Source: Balanoglossus misakiensis (lineage: Eukaryota; Animalia; Hemichordata). Taken from it: a stretch of 64,000 bases of DNA. The stretch's first letter is position 1. Each line of letters opens with the position of its first letter. Below, one piece after another: positions 1 through 11,605 of this stretch. The translations under genes and the position numbers were made by a program. The stretch is taken from the NCBI GenBank assembly GCA_040954595.2, contig CM082576.2, forward strand, positions 20,569,028 to 20,633,027. The letters are read 5' to 3'. The notes under the pieces were generated by a model that was not told the origin of the DNA, ran no database searches, and saw only the letters and a list, made by a program, of their open reading frames with translations.

Positions 1-44
1 ATGACTGTGACTATAAGATTCTATAAATCTCTGTTTATTTTCAG

Positions 45-175
45 CACAAACATCATGTGCTGATTGCCCAGCTGGTAACCAATGTCCAAATGGTAACACT
101 GTGATTTTATGCTCGGCTGGTTATTACAGTTCGGCCTTGGACAAAGGATGTCTCGCTGTACCTCTTGCATAACAG
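45..175 (+). pseudogene. Exon A1, GCC2/GCC3-like Cys-rich repeat (frameshifted)
   Basis: ttttcag|..|gtaaa; reads QTSCADCPAGNQCPNGNTVILCSAGYYSS, then shifts frame before CTSCIT. Confidence 0.8.
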
Positions 176-429
176 GTAAACTTCTACCCACCAACCTTTA
201 TTTCCAACATCAAACATTAGGTCAGGTAATTTACTAACTGAAAAATAGGATGGGAACATTTTCCATTTCTGTATTTAAAATTTACTGATATAATATATGA
301 ATGAAAAAATGACAATTTTTCCAAATTTGAATAGACCTCTATTTATGAAAATAATTAAAATTTGCGCCAATTTTTTACAGTGGTATTCAAAGGTTAACTT
401 GGTGTGTAAATTCTTTGTTTGATTTACAG

Positions 430-563
430 ATCAGCCGGTGCTGAACAGTGTACTATTTGTGAGCAAGGGTACGCCTGCACAGATCCCAGTGCATCGCAAT
501 TCAAGTGTACCAAGGGTTACGTGTCATTGGCTGGTGCAACAAACTGTACCAGATGTACAAATG
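430..563 (+). pseudogene. Exon A2, Cys-rich repeat (frame open)
   Basis: ttacag|..|gtaag; SAGAEQCTICEQGYACTDPSASQFKCTKGYVSLAGATNCTRCTN. Confidence 0.8.
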
Positions 564-670
564 GTAAGATTGTGGTACTTGTTCAGTTTGCTGTGTGATG
601 AAACTGAGTGGTATGTGTGTATGCATGTATGTGTTTACAACAGATTTTCAAGTCAGTGCGACTGGGGTTA

Positions 671-702
<32 letters not shown>

Positions 703-946
703 TACAACAGATTATCAACTCAGTGCGAAATCTTGCGAGACCCGGTTAGCCATGTGAGATCTCGCAGAGTCTTATGATATTCAGAAAATGGTTGATTAGA
801 AATGACGTTTAATGTCCTCCAAAGAATTTTCTACATGCCCGTATACTTGTCTCAGAATTATGAAGTGAATCATCTCAAGTAATTTGTTATTTTAAATGAC
901 ACTGTATCACAAATACTTCACTAAAAACCTCATTTTCTTTAATCAG

Positions 947-1144
947 ATGAAATAAGTGAGGAGCCTGCACGCACATCCCGTCTTCTGTGCCCTGCTGGAC
1001 AATCGTGTTCAGATCCAATGTAAGATCCGCTTGACTGTGGCAATGGTGAATATGCTATGGAAGGCGACGGCACATGCACGCCTTGTCCAGCAGGATCCAA
1101 GTGTCCAACCATGTCACCCGTAGTTGATTGTTCAACAGTTACTG
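947..1144 (+). pseudogene. Exon A3, Cys-rich repeat with in-frame stop
   Basis: aatcag|..|gtaag; LCPAGQSCSDPM*DPLDCGNGEYAMEGDGTCTPCPAGSKCPT; TAA at 1021-1023 is present in all four copies. Confidence 0.8.
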
Positions 1145-1578
1145 GTAAGTTGGGCTGCAAATTACTCTTATGACTTCCCTGTGTTATAGCATGACATACA
1201 CAGAAAATTAAACTGTTATGCTCATTGGAGTTGATATTGTGATGCACTTTGAAAAACACAATGATTCCACTGAAGAGGTATTGTACAGTAACACCTGTGA
1301 TTACGGACATCTCTCTAATAAGGGATCGTTGGACCAAACCAATCGTTCTTTGAATTTTTTCTGTGATAGGTTCATACTCGCTAGGTTCGGCCAAGTCCTT
1401 CTGGTTATGAATGCACAACTACAAATGTCACACAGTGCGCTACAGGGAAGTAAAGTGTTGAAGGAGGTAAGTCTTGAAATCTCTTTTCTTCTGGTCTCGA
1501 TTTGAACATGGTTCCACAAGTTGTTTACATCACTTGTAGTTTTACATATTTTTTTAGTTCAACAGCTATGCTATACAT

Positions 1579-2245
1579 GGTGTCCTGAGAAGTCGACCAG
1601 TATGAGAAGTCGGTATCGGCCAGTACGAGAAGTCGGCCTGTGGGAGAGAACCCTGGTACTTTGTGTTATATATAACTGTTTCACTACGAAATGTTTCCTT
1701 GATGTACAGGAGCTGAGATATTTGTACAAATAGCCGATGAATTTTAAAACTGTCTGTTCACTTTTCATGTACATCACCGGGGTACGTCAACATCAGTCAC
1801 CTGCACTTCTTGAGCTGCGCCAGTAGTCTGTTCCTTGTCACGTTTGTTTGTTTGTTTGTTTGGTGTTGTCTCAGAAAGTATGAATATACACATACATCTT
1901 CTATGTATTTTAGTAGGCTTTGAAACAACTCCCTTTAATCAGAAATGTCACAGGAATTTGGCGAACAACCTAAGCTCCTTACGCGGATACGGGGCTGGGG
2001 AACTGGTACGGATGCCAGACGCCATTATTTGAAATGACGCCATTGTGTTGTCAAGAATTTGGGAAATCCGTCCAAATGAAAATATTTAGTGCAATTATAT
2101 TTTATTAAGTGTTGTTATAAGTAATCTGGGTCATCACTGCACTATTCGGGTACAAGTTCAACAACTGGCTGACTCTTCGTACTGGCCGACTTCTCATACG
2201 CGCGTAGTGGCCGACTTCTAATCTGGCCGACTTCTCATGTATTCC
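1579..2245. mobile_element. Non-autonomous TIR element with subterminal repeats (Mutator/foldback-like); copies 21830-22504, 41034-41690, 62050-62706
   Basis: GG..CC termini; inverted arrays of gagaagtcggccagta; flanking direct repeat tatacat. Confidence 0.75.
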
Positions 2246-2421
2246 TATACATTAGTGAAAATTGGGGAAACTGGTGTTTTCAGACAACTTATGAAGTCCC
2301 TTTCGCAATATTAACTCTAAAACAGCGGGTGATATTCCTTTTAAAATTTAACCAAATAAGCATACTTGAACTCTGTCATATCGGCAAAACACTCACTACA
2401 CAAGCTGCTGTTATTCTACAG

Positions 2422-2638
2422 ACATGACATGTGCTGATTGCGGCGTAGGTAACTACTGTCCAGATGGGTCAGACAGCCCCATTCCTTGTCCATCAAGTTA
2501 TTATGCTGACACAGCCACAGAAGTATCCTGTACCCCTTGCGATCCAGGCTGTCAGTGTGCAGCAACATCACCCACTTGCCTGCACATCAAGAACCTACTC
2601 TCTGGGACCATCAACAACATGTACTCCCCTTCTACCAG
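2422..2638 (+). pseudogene. Exon A4, Cys-rich repeat (frameshifted; deleted in copies 3 and 4)
   Basis: ctacag|..|gtttg; MTCADCGVGNYCPDGSDSPIPCPSSYYADTATEVSCTPCDPGCQC, frameshift, then ACTSRTYSLGPSTTCTP. Confidence 0.8.
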
Positions 2639-3458
2639 GTTTGTAGTCGTCTTAGTCGTAAAAACATATTTAAGGTGTTGGGCACCTCGAAATAAAGGGT
2701 CGTCTGATCATGTTAAAATTAATACTGATGATACTATGACTTCTAAACATTTAATCTATGGAATAAAAATTGGGGGTCAACCATCTAGAGTTTTGAAAAA
2801 GCGCCCTTTATCTAGCACCTCTTTCAGATTTTGCCAGGCTCGTAGATTTTTGTAAAATGGCCTCAAAAATAAGAATTTTGGAAGGTTTGTCATATTTTTT
2901 CACCATTGTAGAATCTAAATGTTCTGAATTATTTTATTTTTAGCAATTTTGAGATTGCTTCATGTTCAGTATGATAATCGCATGTCAATACAACTGTTAC
3001 ATTAAAGGAAAAGTTCAAATCCGCCTAAAACCACATTGCATTGGTACCTAGTTAAGTTGTCCTCACTTCTGACGCAAAATTTTGATGTGCAATGCACGTG
3101 TCTGTGAAATTGACGAATAAAAAAATTGTATACCAGTGCAAAATTAAAAACTCCCTGTGCAGCCTTCTTGGCAACTGCATGCTGGGAAAAGTACTCGGAT
3201 GATGACGAAAAAGTTTCGGGGTTCCGGGTAGTGCTACCCCGGAATACAATGTTGGGTGCGGACTCCAACTATGGAAAAGAGATGCAGAATGTCATGTGAT
3301 ATAGTAGTGAAAACAAATACACGTTGGTTCACGTATTTCAGCTCTCAGCAATCAGGGTGCATTAAAAGGCCTTGATTGGTGTGATATTCACAATTGATGA
3401 TTATAAATACTTACAGTTGTATACTGTTTTATTTTGTAAATATTGTGTACATTTGCAG

Positions 3459-3588
3459 CAATGAATCCGTGCGAACACAAACCTTAACCCATGCCGGAAT
3501 GCTGGTACTTGCCAAGCAATCCAGGGATCTTGTACAGGCGTCACATGTCTATGTGCTGGCTGCTACCTGGGCTTCACATGTGAAACAC
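3459..3588 (+). pseudogene. EGF-like exon E1 (frameshifted)
   Basis: ttgcag|..|gtgag; NPC, frameshift, NPCRNAGTCQAIQGSCTGVTCLCAGCYLGFTCET. Confidence 0.8.
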
Positions 3589-3818
3589 GTGAGTACAGTA
3601 CTTTGTCATTTATTAAAAAATGTAAGTGCTGAGGTACATTGTAGTAATAATAGCAGGTGTAGTCATTATCATCATCATCATCATCTTTAAGTCAGTCATA
3701 TGATCGGTAATAAAAACAGTAAAATCACCAGTATAAAAACATAACAGAGAAATAATGAACGTGTACTGGTGTTACCATAGGTAACTGTTGTATAAAATTT
3801 TGAATTCCTGTCTTCCAG

Positions 3819-3941
3819 TTCCTAATCCATGCTTCACTAGTCCTTGTCTCAATGGAGGTACCTGCCAACAACAGGCAAATTCTTGTACTGCCACCATTGG
3901 CATGTGCACAGAGTGTTACTAGGGAAACAGGTGTGAGACAA
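3819..3941 (+). pseudogene. EGF-like exon E2 (in-frame TAG)
   Basis: 123 bp, phase 1-1; PNPCFTSPCLNGGTCQQQANSCTATIGMCTECY*GNRCET. Confidence 0.85.
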
Positions 3942-4036
3942 GTAAGTTTGAATCTATAGCAGTTAATAATGATAATTATCATTTTTTTTATTATGATTTA
4001 AACTTCACTGATGTTGTACAAACACAAAAATAGAAA

Positions 4037-4495
4037 TAATAATAATAATAATTTATTTGTATAGCGTCAGTATCCACAAAAAATGTGATCAATGACGCTT
4101 AAAGCAAAAGTACAATACAACACAACAAATGGCTAAAAAACAGATTTAAAAAGTAAAGTTTTAACATTTGATTTAAAAACAGATAAGTCTGGTGCCTGGC
4201 GAATGGTGAGTGGAAGATTATTCCAAAGAATTGGAGCAGCAACAGTAAAAGCACGATCACCATAACTCTTGGTGCGTGATCGAACAGGGCAGAGTTTGAA
4301 CTGATCAGCTGACCTCAAATTGCGACACGGAACATATAGATTAGTCATGCTAGAAAGATAGATTGGACCAAGTTTATGAATGGATTTAAAAATGAGAACC
4401 AACATCTTAAAAACAATACGCTCTGTAACAGGTAGCCAGTGCAACTGATACAAAATTGGAGTGATGTGACAGGTGATTTTTGAACGAGTAACAAT
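4037..4495 (-). mobile_element. 5'-truncated copy of the same LINE
   Basis: Near-identical to 15283-15746; apparent TSD tagaaa (4031-4036 / 4496-4501). Confidence 0.92.
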
Positions 4496-4719
4496 TAGAA
4501 AGGGACAGCAGCTTAGCTCTATTCCTTTTCCAAAGTGTTTGTTCTTTTAAACTACCTGTTTTTTATTTATTCTGATTATGCTAATATGCTAATTTGTCGG
4601 TTTGTCACATCACAATTTTTGTAGGAAACTCACCCCTGGGAATTTTTTTCAGCCACTGACATACATTCATAATCACATGACATTGATGATCATGGAAAAT
4701 TTGACCCTTTTCCTTGTAG

Positions 4720-4842
4720 GACTCAACCAGTGTCCACCAAATCCGTGCCAGAATGGTGGCTTCTGTCAACCGGCTCGAAATTCCTGCTTTGATCTCACCT
4801 GCATATGTACTGGTTGCTACAAAGGTGATAGGTGTGAGATAT
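4720..4842 (+). pseudogene. EGF-like exon E3 (open)
   Basis: 123 bp, ttgtag|..|gtaag; LNQCPPNPCQNGGFCQPARNSCFDLTCICTGCYKGDRCEI. Confidence 0.85.
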
Positions 4843-5396
4843 GTAAGTATACAGCGCAGTCTCTTTTACCTTTTGTCTCTGATGCATTCAAATACTGCAT
4901 GTTTCCTGAGCATAGGTGTAGCCATCACCACAGCAGAGCTTGGAGCGTTCTTGACATCGAATGCAAGATTACACTCTTCCCAATCAAAATCACTTTCGTA
5001 GCGCATAATGTCTTGATTGTCTTAGTTCAAGAAACATTATGCGCGACTGGCCAATTTTACAGCCTTTTGTCAACGCACATCCACTATGGAAATTCTCACT
5101 CCAGGCCAGATAGTGTAAATTTACATATGAGTCTACAAGTATGCTTGAAGTCAAGTCAAGCATTTGCAAGGAACCCTCCTCCAGTACACAGGTCTTTGAT
5201 TTCATGAAGGGAAGCCCTTGCCTCACAGTCACTGCCACATGATCTATGGAGGTGTGAACAACTTGATACCAGCCTAATATAAGTTGTAGGCACAATCACT
5301 CCACACACCCTTGCCATAATTCTGCAAGGTTTTTGCCATATCTGTACTGTAGAATGAGTAGCAAGGAATAAAATGGCGTCCTTTCTTAATTTCCAG

Positions 5397-5511
5397 TGCA
5401 AAACCCCTGTGATCCCAACCCATGTATGAATGGTGGATTTTGCCAGCAAACATCGTGCAATTTCTATTCATGCCAGTGTGTGAACTCTTACACAGGTGAC
5501 ATCTGTCAAAC
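5397..5511 (+). pseudogene. EGF-like exon E4, interrupted at its 3' end by a TIR element
   Basis: QNPCDPNPCMNGGFCQQTSCNFYSCQCVNSYTGDICQ; the original donor aa|gtgag is displaced to 6637-6643. Confidence 0.85.
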
Positions 5512-6629
5512 CATAGACCCTAGAGAAAGAAGGACGAGCAACTGCGGCAAAGATCAAAGGGTTTGGGGATTATCTGTATGATGATGTTCTTTTGCATATA
5601 ATTAACACCCAGGACAGTTGGACAATGACTTCCTTACTTCGGCACGTGTCGACCCCACCAGTGATGCGAAAACTTGCCACCAAACTGACACTCCTGCATT
5701 TCAGCAGCCACTGCGTTTTTTTCTAAAATTCTAAAAGTATTACGATGTCTGTGCTAATTATTATGGTCGTCTGTCGGATGAACGGTCATTTCTAGTGCCA
5801 CAAGCTTCATTTAAAAATTGTAAACAAATCATCCATGCCAAATTCCTGTTTAACTTGTGCAGATGTGTTCCATAAATGATTGCTGCGTTCAATCACGTTG
5901 CAGTTTTCTCGTCTTCTGCGAGATGTTCTAAGGTGTTTGTGATAACTTCACGCAAAACGCGAGACTTTGCGTTAGTTTATACACAGTTTATTTGCAAATT
6001 GGATTATTGGGATTTACCTGGAAATAATGTATGCAAAAGAACATCATTTCAAGAAAAAACTGGAGTTGCGCGTCCTTCTTGCATGTCCGACTGGGCACTC
6101 ATATTTCTTGGTAACGCTGACACTTTTCGTAATAATTTTATGTTTGCGTGAAGCATTGAAACAAAAATTGTGGTTTAGGGGCATTTTATTTCGCAGTGCG
6201 TGAACAATAAAACAGATTTCACGAAAACAATTTATAAACAAACTGGCTGGATTTTCATGTGTGCGCTATTGCCGCCAGGCAACCCTCGGTACGGTTAGCT
6301 CACAGCCTTGTGAAATACCCGGACTGTTAGACAAAAGATGCTTGTTTTGGACGCTGTCAGACTCAGAGGTGCCAAATTCCTGTTTAACTTGTGCAGATGT
6401 GTTCCATAAATGATTGCTGCGTTCAACCACGTTGCAGTTTTCTCGTCTTCTGTGAGATGTTCTAAGGTGTTTGTGATAACTTCACGCAAAACGCGAGACT
6501 TTGCGTTAGTTTATACACAGTTTATTTGCAAATTGGATTATTGGGATTTACCTGGAAATAATGTATGCAAAAGAACATCATTTCAAGAAAAAACTGGAGT
6601 TGCGCGTCCTTCTTTCTCTAGGGTCCATG
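5512..6629. mobile_element. P-element-like non-autonomous transposon; copy 25777-26894; right end deleted in unit 3 (44557-45085)
   Basis: ~32-bp TIR CATAGACCCTAGAGAAAGAAGGACG.GCAACT; 7-bp TSD gtcaaac (5505-5511 / 6630-6636). Confidence 0.8.
5838..6078 (+). repeat. 241-bp internal duplication of 6372-6612 (units 1 and 2)
   Basis: Offset 534; unit 3 has only tttt at this site (~44891). Confidence 0.9.
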
Positions 6630-6882
6630 GTCAAACAAGTGAGTATATACTTTCAAGACACCCTGCAAACAAACAAGCAATCTTTATTCCGTAGATCTTT
6701 AAGCATATTTATGCATTGTATATTTTGATGTGAAACTTCAAATTTTATTGGTCTTGTTGCCAAACTTCTGAAGAAATGAGGATATTGTTTTGAAGGGTAT
6801 TTTATCAGTAGATAACAAATACCATGACCCTCCATGCAAATACCCACATGGTAAATTAAAACTGTTACAGGTGTATTTGATT

Positions 6883-7196
6883 TAAGCAATAAAACACCCC
6901 CAGCCATGGTATACCACGAGATTTTGACCAGTTCACGACATATACGCACGAGCGATAGCGAGTGCGTATATGGAGTTGAACTGGTCAAAATCGAGTGGTA
7001 TACCATGGCTGGGGGTGTTTTATTGCTATTATATTATGCCATTATATTGAAACTTTGCATAAAACATTTTAAAAAGGCATTTTCTTTGACTATGATATAT
7101 GACTGTGGTATATGGCTAATATATCCTGGTCACGTGTCGTGTCTCGACCAATCAAATAGCGTGATTTACACCTTCAATATACTGATATAATATAAT
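6883..7196. mobile_element. Double-hairpin non-autonomous element without TSD (Crypton-like, inferred); copy 27148-27461
   Basis: Palindrome 6883-7027 plus a second inverted pair at 7029-7051 / 7173-7195; clean empty site ttgatt|tccac at ~45132. Confidence 0.75.
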
Positions 7197-7427
7197 TCCA
7201 CATATGGATTACATGTGGGATAATATTGGGTGCTGGCAGTTTCAGTAAATGAACTGCTCTTAAAAGTTGGGTGTCAGGGCACCCTTGACTTCTTATTGTT
7301 CAGTTATACATTTAGGAGGCTCAGTTATAGGAGAACCCGATAGAACCACAGCTGTAGGAATTAGGGAAATGGTCATACCCTAAAAAACTTATGTCACTAC
7401 TATTTTTTTTTCATGCCATTGAAACAG

Positions 7428-7544
7428 AACAAACTCCATGTAGGCCAAGTCCATGCCTGAACAATGGGCGGTGTACTCAGCTGTCTTGTACAACTTATGA
7501 GTGTACTTGTCCAGGATGTTTCACCGGCACACACTGCAGCCAGT
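7428..7544 (+). pseudogene. EGF-like exon E6 (open)
   Basis: 117 bp; QTPCRPSPCLNNGRCTQLSCTTYECTCPGCFTGTHCSQ. Confidence 0.8.
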
Positions 7545-7935
7545 GTAAAACTCATTAAAACAAACATTTGTCATGCAGGAACTAACATTTACAATCATGT
7601 CTCAATACATTGTCTGTTGGTCATACTTTATATTTTCATCTTCCGCATCACACCTTGGTCCTTGGGAATCGGTCACCTCAAAAATGATGTACAGCTGAAA
7701 GAAAACATGTTTATTTGAAGAAAAAACTGTTGATCGTTCATGAAAATTTTCCCTACACAAGATACATATACAGAGATTTTCATAGCCCCATAAGTGCGTC
7801 CCAGAATGAGCAAGTTGTTTTTGGAAGTGAAGTTCCGTTCAGTATTTACAGTAATGGTAATGATGATGTTTTCATCAAACAGATTTTGAAAGTAAATATT
7901 GCTGAGATAACATTAGGTTGCACTTTTTATTGCAG

Positions 7936-8058
7936 TCCAAGATCCAGGCCAGCGAAACAGCTGTCTCAACGGGGCTGTATGTAATGCAGTGGCCAACTCC
8001 TGCACGGCATATACCTGTGCCTGTACTGGTTGCTATGAGGGTAACCGTTGTGAAATAT
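7936..8058 (+). pseudogene. EGF-like exon E7 (open)
   Basis: 123 bp; QDPGQRNSCLNGAVCNAVANSCTAYTCACTGCYEGNRCEI; the first Cys is retained only in copy 3. Confidence 0.85.
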
Positions 8059-8632
8059 GTAAGTTTCTGACGTACCGTAAATGACAATCTTTTGGGCACT
8101 TTCTCTTCATGGCAATTGAATTGTGTGGTAACTTCTCATTTCTAAAATTTCCCCAAGAGAAAAGAAAGGAAAAGGAAACAGAAATTTCATTTGTATGTCC
8201 GTGCAATTTAGGATAGGCACGAACTTGTGAGGAAGTGTACGAAGTTGGATGTTTTCATCACTCAAATATACAAGAGTTGCCTCTTGAAGACTAGTGTCTG
8301 TAGAGATAATTGTGCATGTGAGGTAATCTCTCCTAAGGTGGTGCACACCTCTGAGTATTAAGTAAAAGAGACGTCCTTAATTATCCTTACTATTTGGCTT
8401 GAAAAATCAATCTTACTAGGTGTTCTGATTAGAGAGGTGTCCATAAAGACAGGTTTTACTGTATTACCCAAAATAGAGACATTGTCCCTTCATCATATAC
8501 TTAATGCGTGTTCTGGGTATGGTTCCAGTATAATGCTTGTGTCAAAGGATTTTGTTGTGGTGCAGGAATCATCTTTGGTTGAGGTGTAGCCATCTGCATT
8601 TCATGTGTTTTAAACTATTTTTTTTCTGATTG

Positions 8633-8755
8633 TCATTAACCCATGTGATCAGAATCCGTGTCAAAATGGAGGCTATTGTTCCAAAACACCAAATTCTTAT
8701 ACTGACTACACCTGTTACTGCCAGTAGTGTTGGACTGGGGCCATCTGTGCCGTAG
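8633..8755 (+). pseudogene. EGF-like exon E8 (acceptor lost, in-frame TAG)
   Basis: INPCDQNPCQNGGYCSKTPNSYTDYTCYCQ*CWTGAICAV; preceded by ttg instead of ag. Confidence 0.8.
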
Positions 8756-9391
8756 GTGTGTCGAATTACTGTTTTATGACAGAGCGTGGTATATAAACCC
8801 TCATTTTTGGTATTCTCAATGTGATAGATGGACCCATACACCAATAAATGGGGTGGAAGCATTACTAAGTTTCATCCTTTCAAAATTTGCTGATGTAGGG
8901 TCAAAATTGAGTGTGAGGTGCATGTTAAAAAGGAAAGCCTTCTGTATCATGTTGATGGCACATTTTTTTAATTTTTCAAGATTCTTACAGAAAAATCCTA
9001 GCAATAGCATCATTATGTTATTTTAAATGTAAAGGTTTGAAACAAGGTTTGACTGTATGTGTACCGAATGCTTCACTGGTGCCACATGTACAATGCGTAA
9101 GTACTAACCAATATTATTTTATTCAATGCAAAACACTTGTTATATATTATATAATATAAGTACGGTACACATATTAAAGCCCTGGTAACTCAAACTTTGG
9201 GCTAGCTTAATGTTATCACTATTTTTGTTTTCGGTTGCAACTGTGGTTTCTTGTCACACTCTAAAGGATTTCACAGCATTTGGTTTTTCAAAACAGCCCT
9301 TTGGTTGTTGTCATGTATACATGTACATGACTGTGGAGTGTAGTTTGTAGATTCTGTAATTTTGACAATATCTTGACTGCACATCCCACAG

Positions 9392-9514
9392 CTGTCAACC
9401 AGTGTCAACCCATCCAGTGTCGGAATGGTGGAAACTGTGTGCTGACGCCCAATTGGTGTACTGAATTCACATGCTCCTGTACAAGCTGTTACTCCGGCGA
9501 TTTATGTCAGACAT
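9392..9514 (+). pseudogene. EGF-like exon E10 (open)
   Basis: 123 bp; VNQCQPIQCRNGGNCVLTPNWCTEFTCSCTSCYSGDLCQT. Confidence 0.85.
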
Positions 9515-9898
9515 GTGAGTGATTTTAAATTTCAGATGAAGAGGAACATAATAACATAACACATAATCGGCTTGCAGTTGGTTTCTTCCAACCTGTATCA
9601 AACAGTGAATAACGACACAATTTTGGGGAAATTTATTAAGAATGTGTGTGCCATAAAAGGGGATTGTGTATTTGACCAAATAACAACCTGCACCGTATGG
9701 TACACTAAGACACTATTACACCTGTGTCAAAATTTCATTACGTTTCTTTTGTTGAACATGGAAGAAATTTGTCACAGTGATGTTCTGTTGACCAACTGAG
9801 ATTTTTACCACTCAACCCTGACTGCACAAATCTGTTTAAAGTATATGTAGTAAATATTAACTGTACACAATTTATATCACTTTCTCTTCTGTGCACAG

Positions 9899-10015
9899 AT
9901 TTGAATCCGTGTCAGCCCAACCCTTGTCTAAACAGTGGATTCTGCCAGCAAGTGTCCTGCACCGAGTTCAGATGCCAGAGTCCACGCTGTTTCATCGGAA
10001 CCACGTGCGCTGAAC
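9899..10015 (+). pseudogene. EGF-like exon E11 (open)
   Basis: 117 bp; LNPCQPNPCLNSGFCQQVSCTEFRCQSPRCFIGTTCAE. Confidence 0.85.
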
Positions 10016-10463
10016 GTAAGCAAACCAGTGTCAGATTTCCCGCACAAAGTAGAAATCGCTGGGCTTTGTCATTGATATTGTCTCAATAAAGTTGCCTGTG
10101 ATTGTGCAGCTAACCAAGAGACTTATATGCACTACGGTAGCCATGATGAATACTTTCATTGACTCAAATGCTCATCAGTGTAGATGTTGCTATTTTTCCA
10201 ACCGTAAATTGAAACATCAGAAAGTTATGACATCAACTACCCCCACCCCCACCCCACCCCACCCCCAACTAGTAAATATTATAAGATTCAGTAATTATGA
10301 TAAAGATGGTAGCACCAAGCTTGGATCAAGTGGTCTTCATTATCCTTCACACATGAACATGATCACACGGATGTGCAATCTTCTGACAGTCTGCTACAGA
10401 TTTCACTTCCCACTCAAGTGTGTAAGACCCTAATGTGATACTTTTCATTTCTCTCACCCTTAG

Positions 10464-10586
10464 CGATCAACCAGTGTCTTCTAAACCCATGTCTGAATAA
10501 CGGAGTGTATCAGCCACTTCAAGGCTCCTGCTCAATCTACACCTGCAACTGTCCAACCTGCTACACTGGGCAAGCATTTGTTACAT
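10464..10586 (+). pseudogene. EGF-like exon E12 (open, Cys losses)
   Basis: 123 bp; INQCLLNPCLNNGVYQPLQGSCSIYTCNCPTCYTGQAFVT. Confidence 0.85.
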
Positions 10587-10598
10587 GTAAGTCACAAG

Positions 10599-11605
10599 TT
10601 TTTAGGTCCCATTGGTATGTACCATAGGAACTTATGGGATTGGTTACGTCTGTATGTATGGATGGATGGATGGATGTATGTCTGTATGTCCGTCCACATG
10701 AAAAACTTGAAAACCGCAGCGCGTATGACCTCGATATTTGGCGTGTAGATGCAGGCAGGGCTGTAGATGGGAGTTTGTTCAAATGAAGATGTCATTGCCA
10801 AAAATATGCAAATTAGCTGGGAAAATGTGAAATTGGTCAAAACTCAAAAACTGGACAACCACTGGTCATATTGATTTGAAAAATGGTATGCATGTACCTT
10901 ATATCAACCTCATACAACCCTGTATGTTTTGAGCTAATATTATCGATTTCCTTTTTTTTTGCATTTTTTTGTATTTTTCCATGTTATTGGTAAAAGTCTT
11001 TGAAATTTAGTATGAAGCCTCCTAATGTTGTCTAAGTAACCATAGTTTTGTTCAAATTGTTGCAAAATTTGCATATCTATAATTTTGAGCATTATTTGCC
11101 ATTTTTGGTCAAAAAATGTTTTTCTTTAAAACCTCATGCCAGATTGCTTTGCAATTTGGTAGGCATGTTCGTAGGGGTAACCTAAATAATATGTTGTAAA
11201 AAATGTGATATTTGCATAAATGTGTTATCGGGGAAACTTTTGCAATTTTTGTCAAAAATTGTTTTCACTGAAACCGCTTGTCCTATTGCATTGAACTTAG
11301 GCAGCATGTTCCTTGTAGTGATTGAAGTAAGATATTGTACAATTTTGGTGATATTTGCATATTTGTGTTTTTGCCACTTTTGAACAAATATTTTCTGTGA
11401 AACTGCTTGTTGGATTGCTTTGAAATTAGTTTTTTCTCTGATTGCTTTGAAATTTAGGATATAATTTCATAACACATACCTGTATATGTGCAACTTTTAT
11501 TCAATTCTGAGATCAGAAAGATTAAATATTTAGCGAGTTTTTTTGGTAAGTTTCTTTGTTTTTGGTTAGCAAATCTTCTCCTAAACAAATTGTCCAGTTG
11601 TTTTT
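10599..11605 (+). mobile_element. Helentron-associated (HINE/DINE-1-like) element, 5' portion; copies 31039-32046, 49149-50189
   Basis: T-run, then aggtcccat..ataggaact sub-terminal inverted repeat and (GTAT/GGAT)n microsatellite; 3' end not identified. Confidence 0.65.

Noticed and set aside
1021-1023. Stop-codon recoding or readthrough to rescue the gene
   Set aside because: Stops are a mix of TAA, TAG and TGA and come with frameshifts, lost splice sites and Cys substitutions.
2670-3375. Possible Kolobok-like element starting ttaaggtgttgggcacc
   Set aside because: The right terminus is too degenerate to define a TIR or TSD by eye.
3664-3686. Poly-His ORF ending that resembles a His tag
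   Set aside because: Intronic (CAT)n microsatellite whose length varies between units.
8280-8464. Tc1/mariner-like end (..gacaggttttactgta)
   Set aside because: Only one terminus is recognisable.
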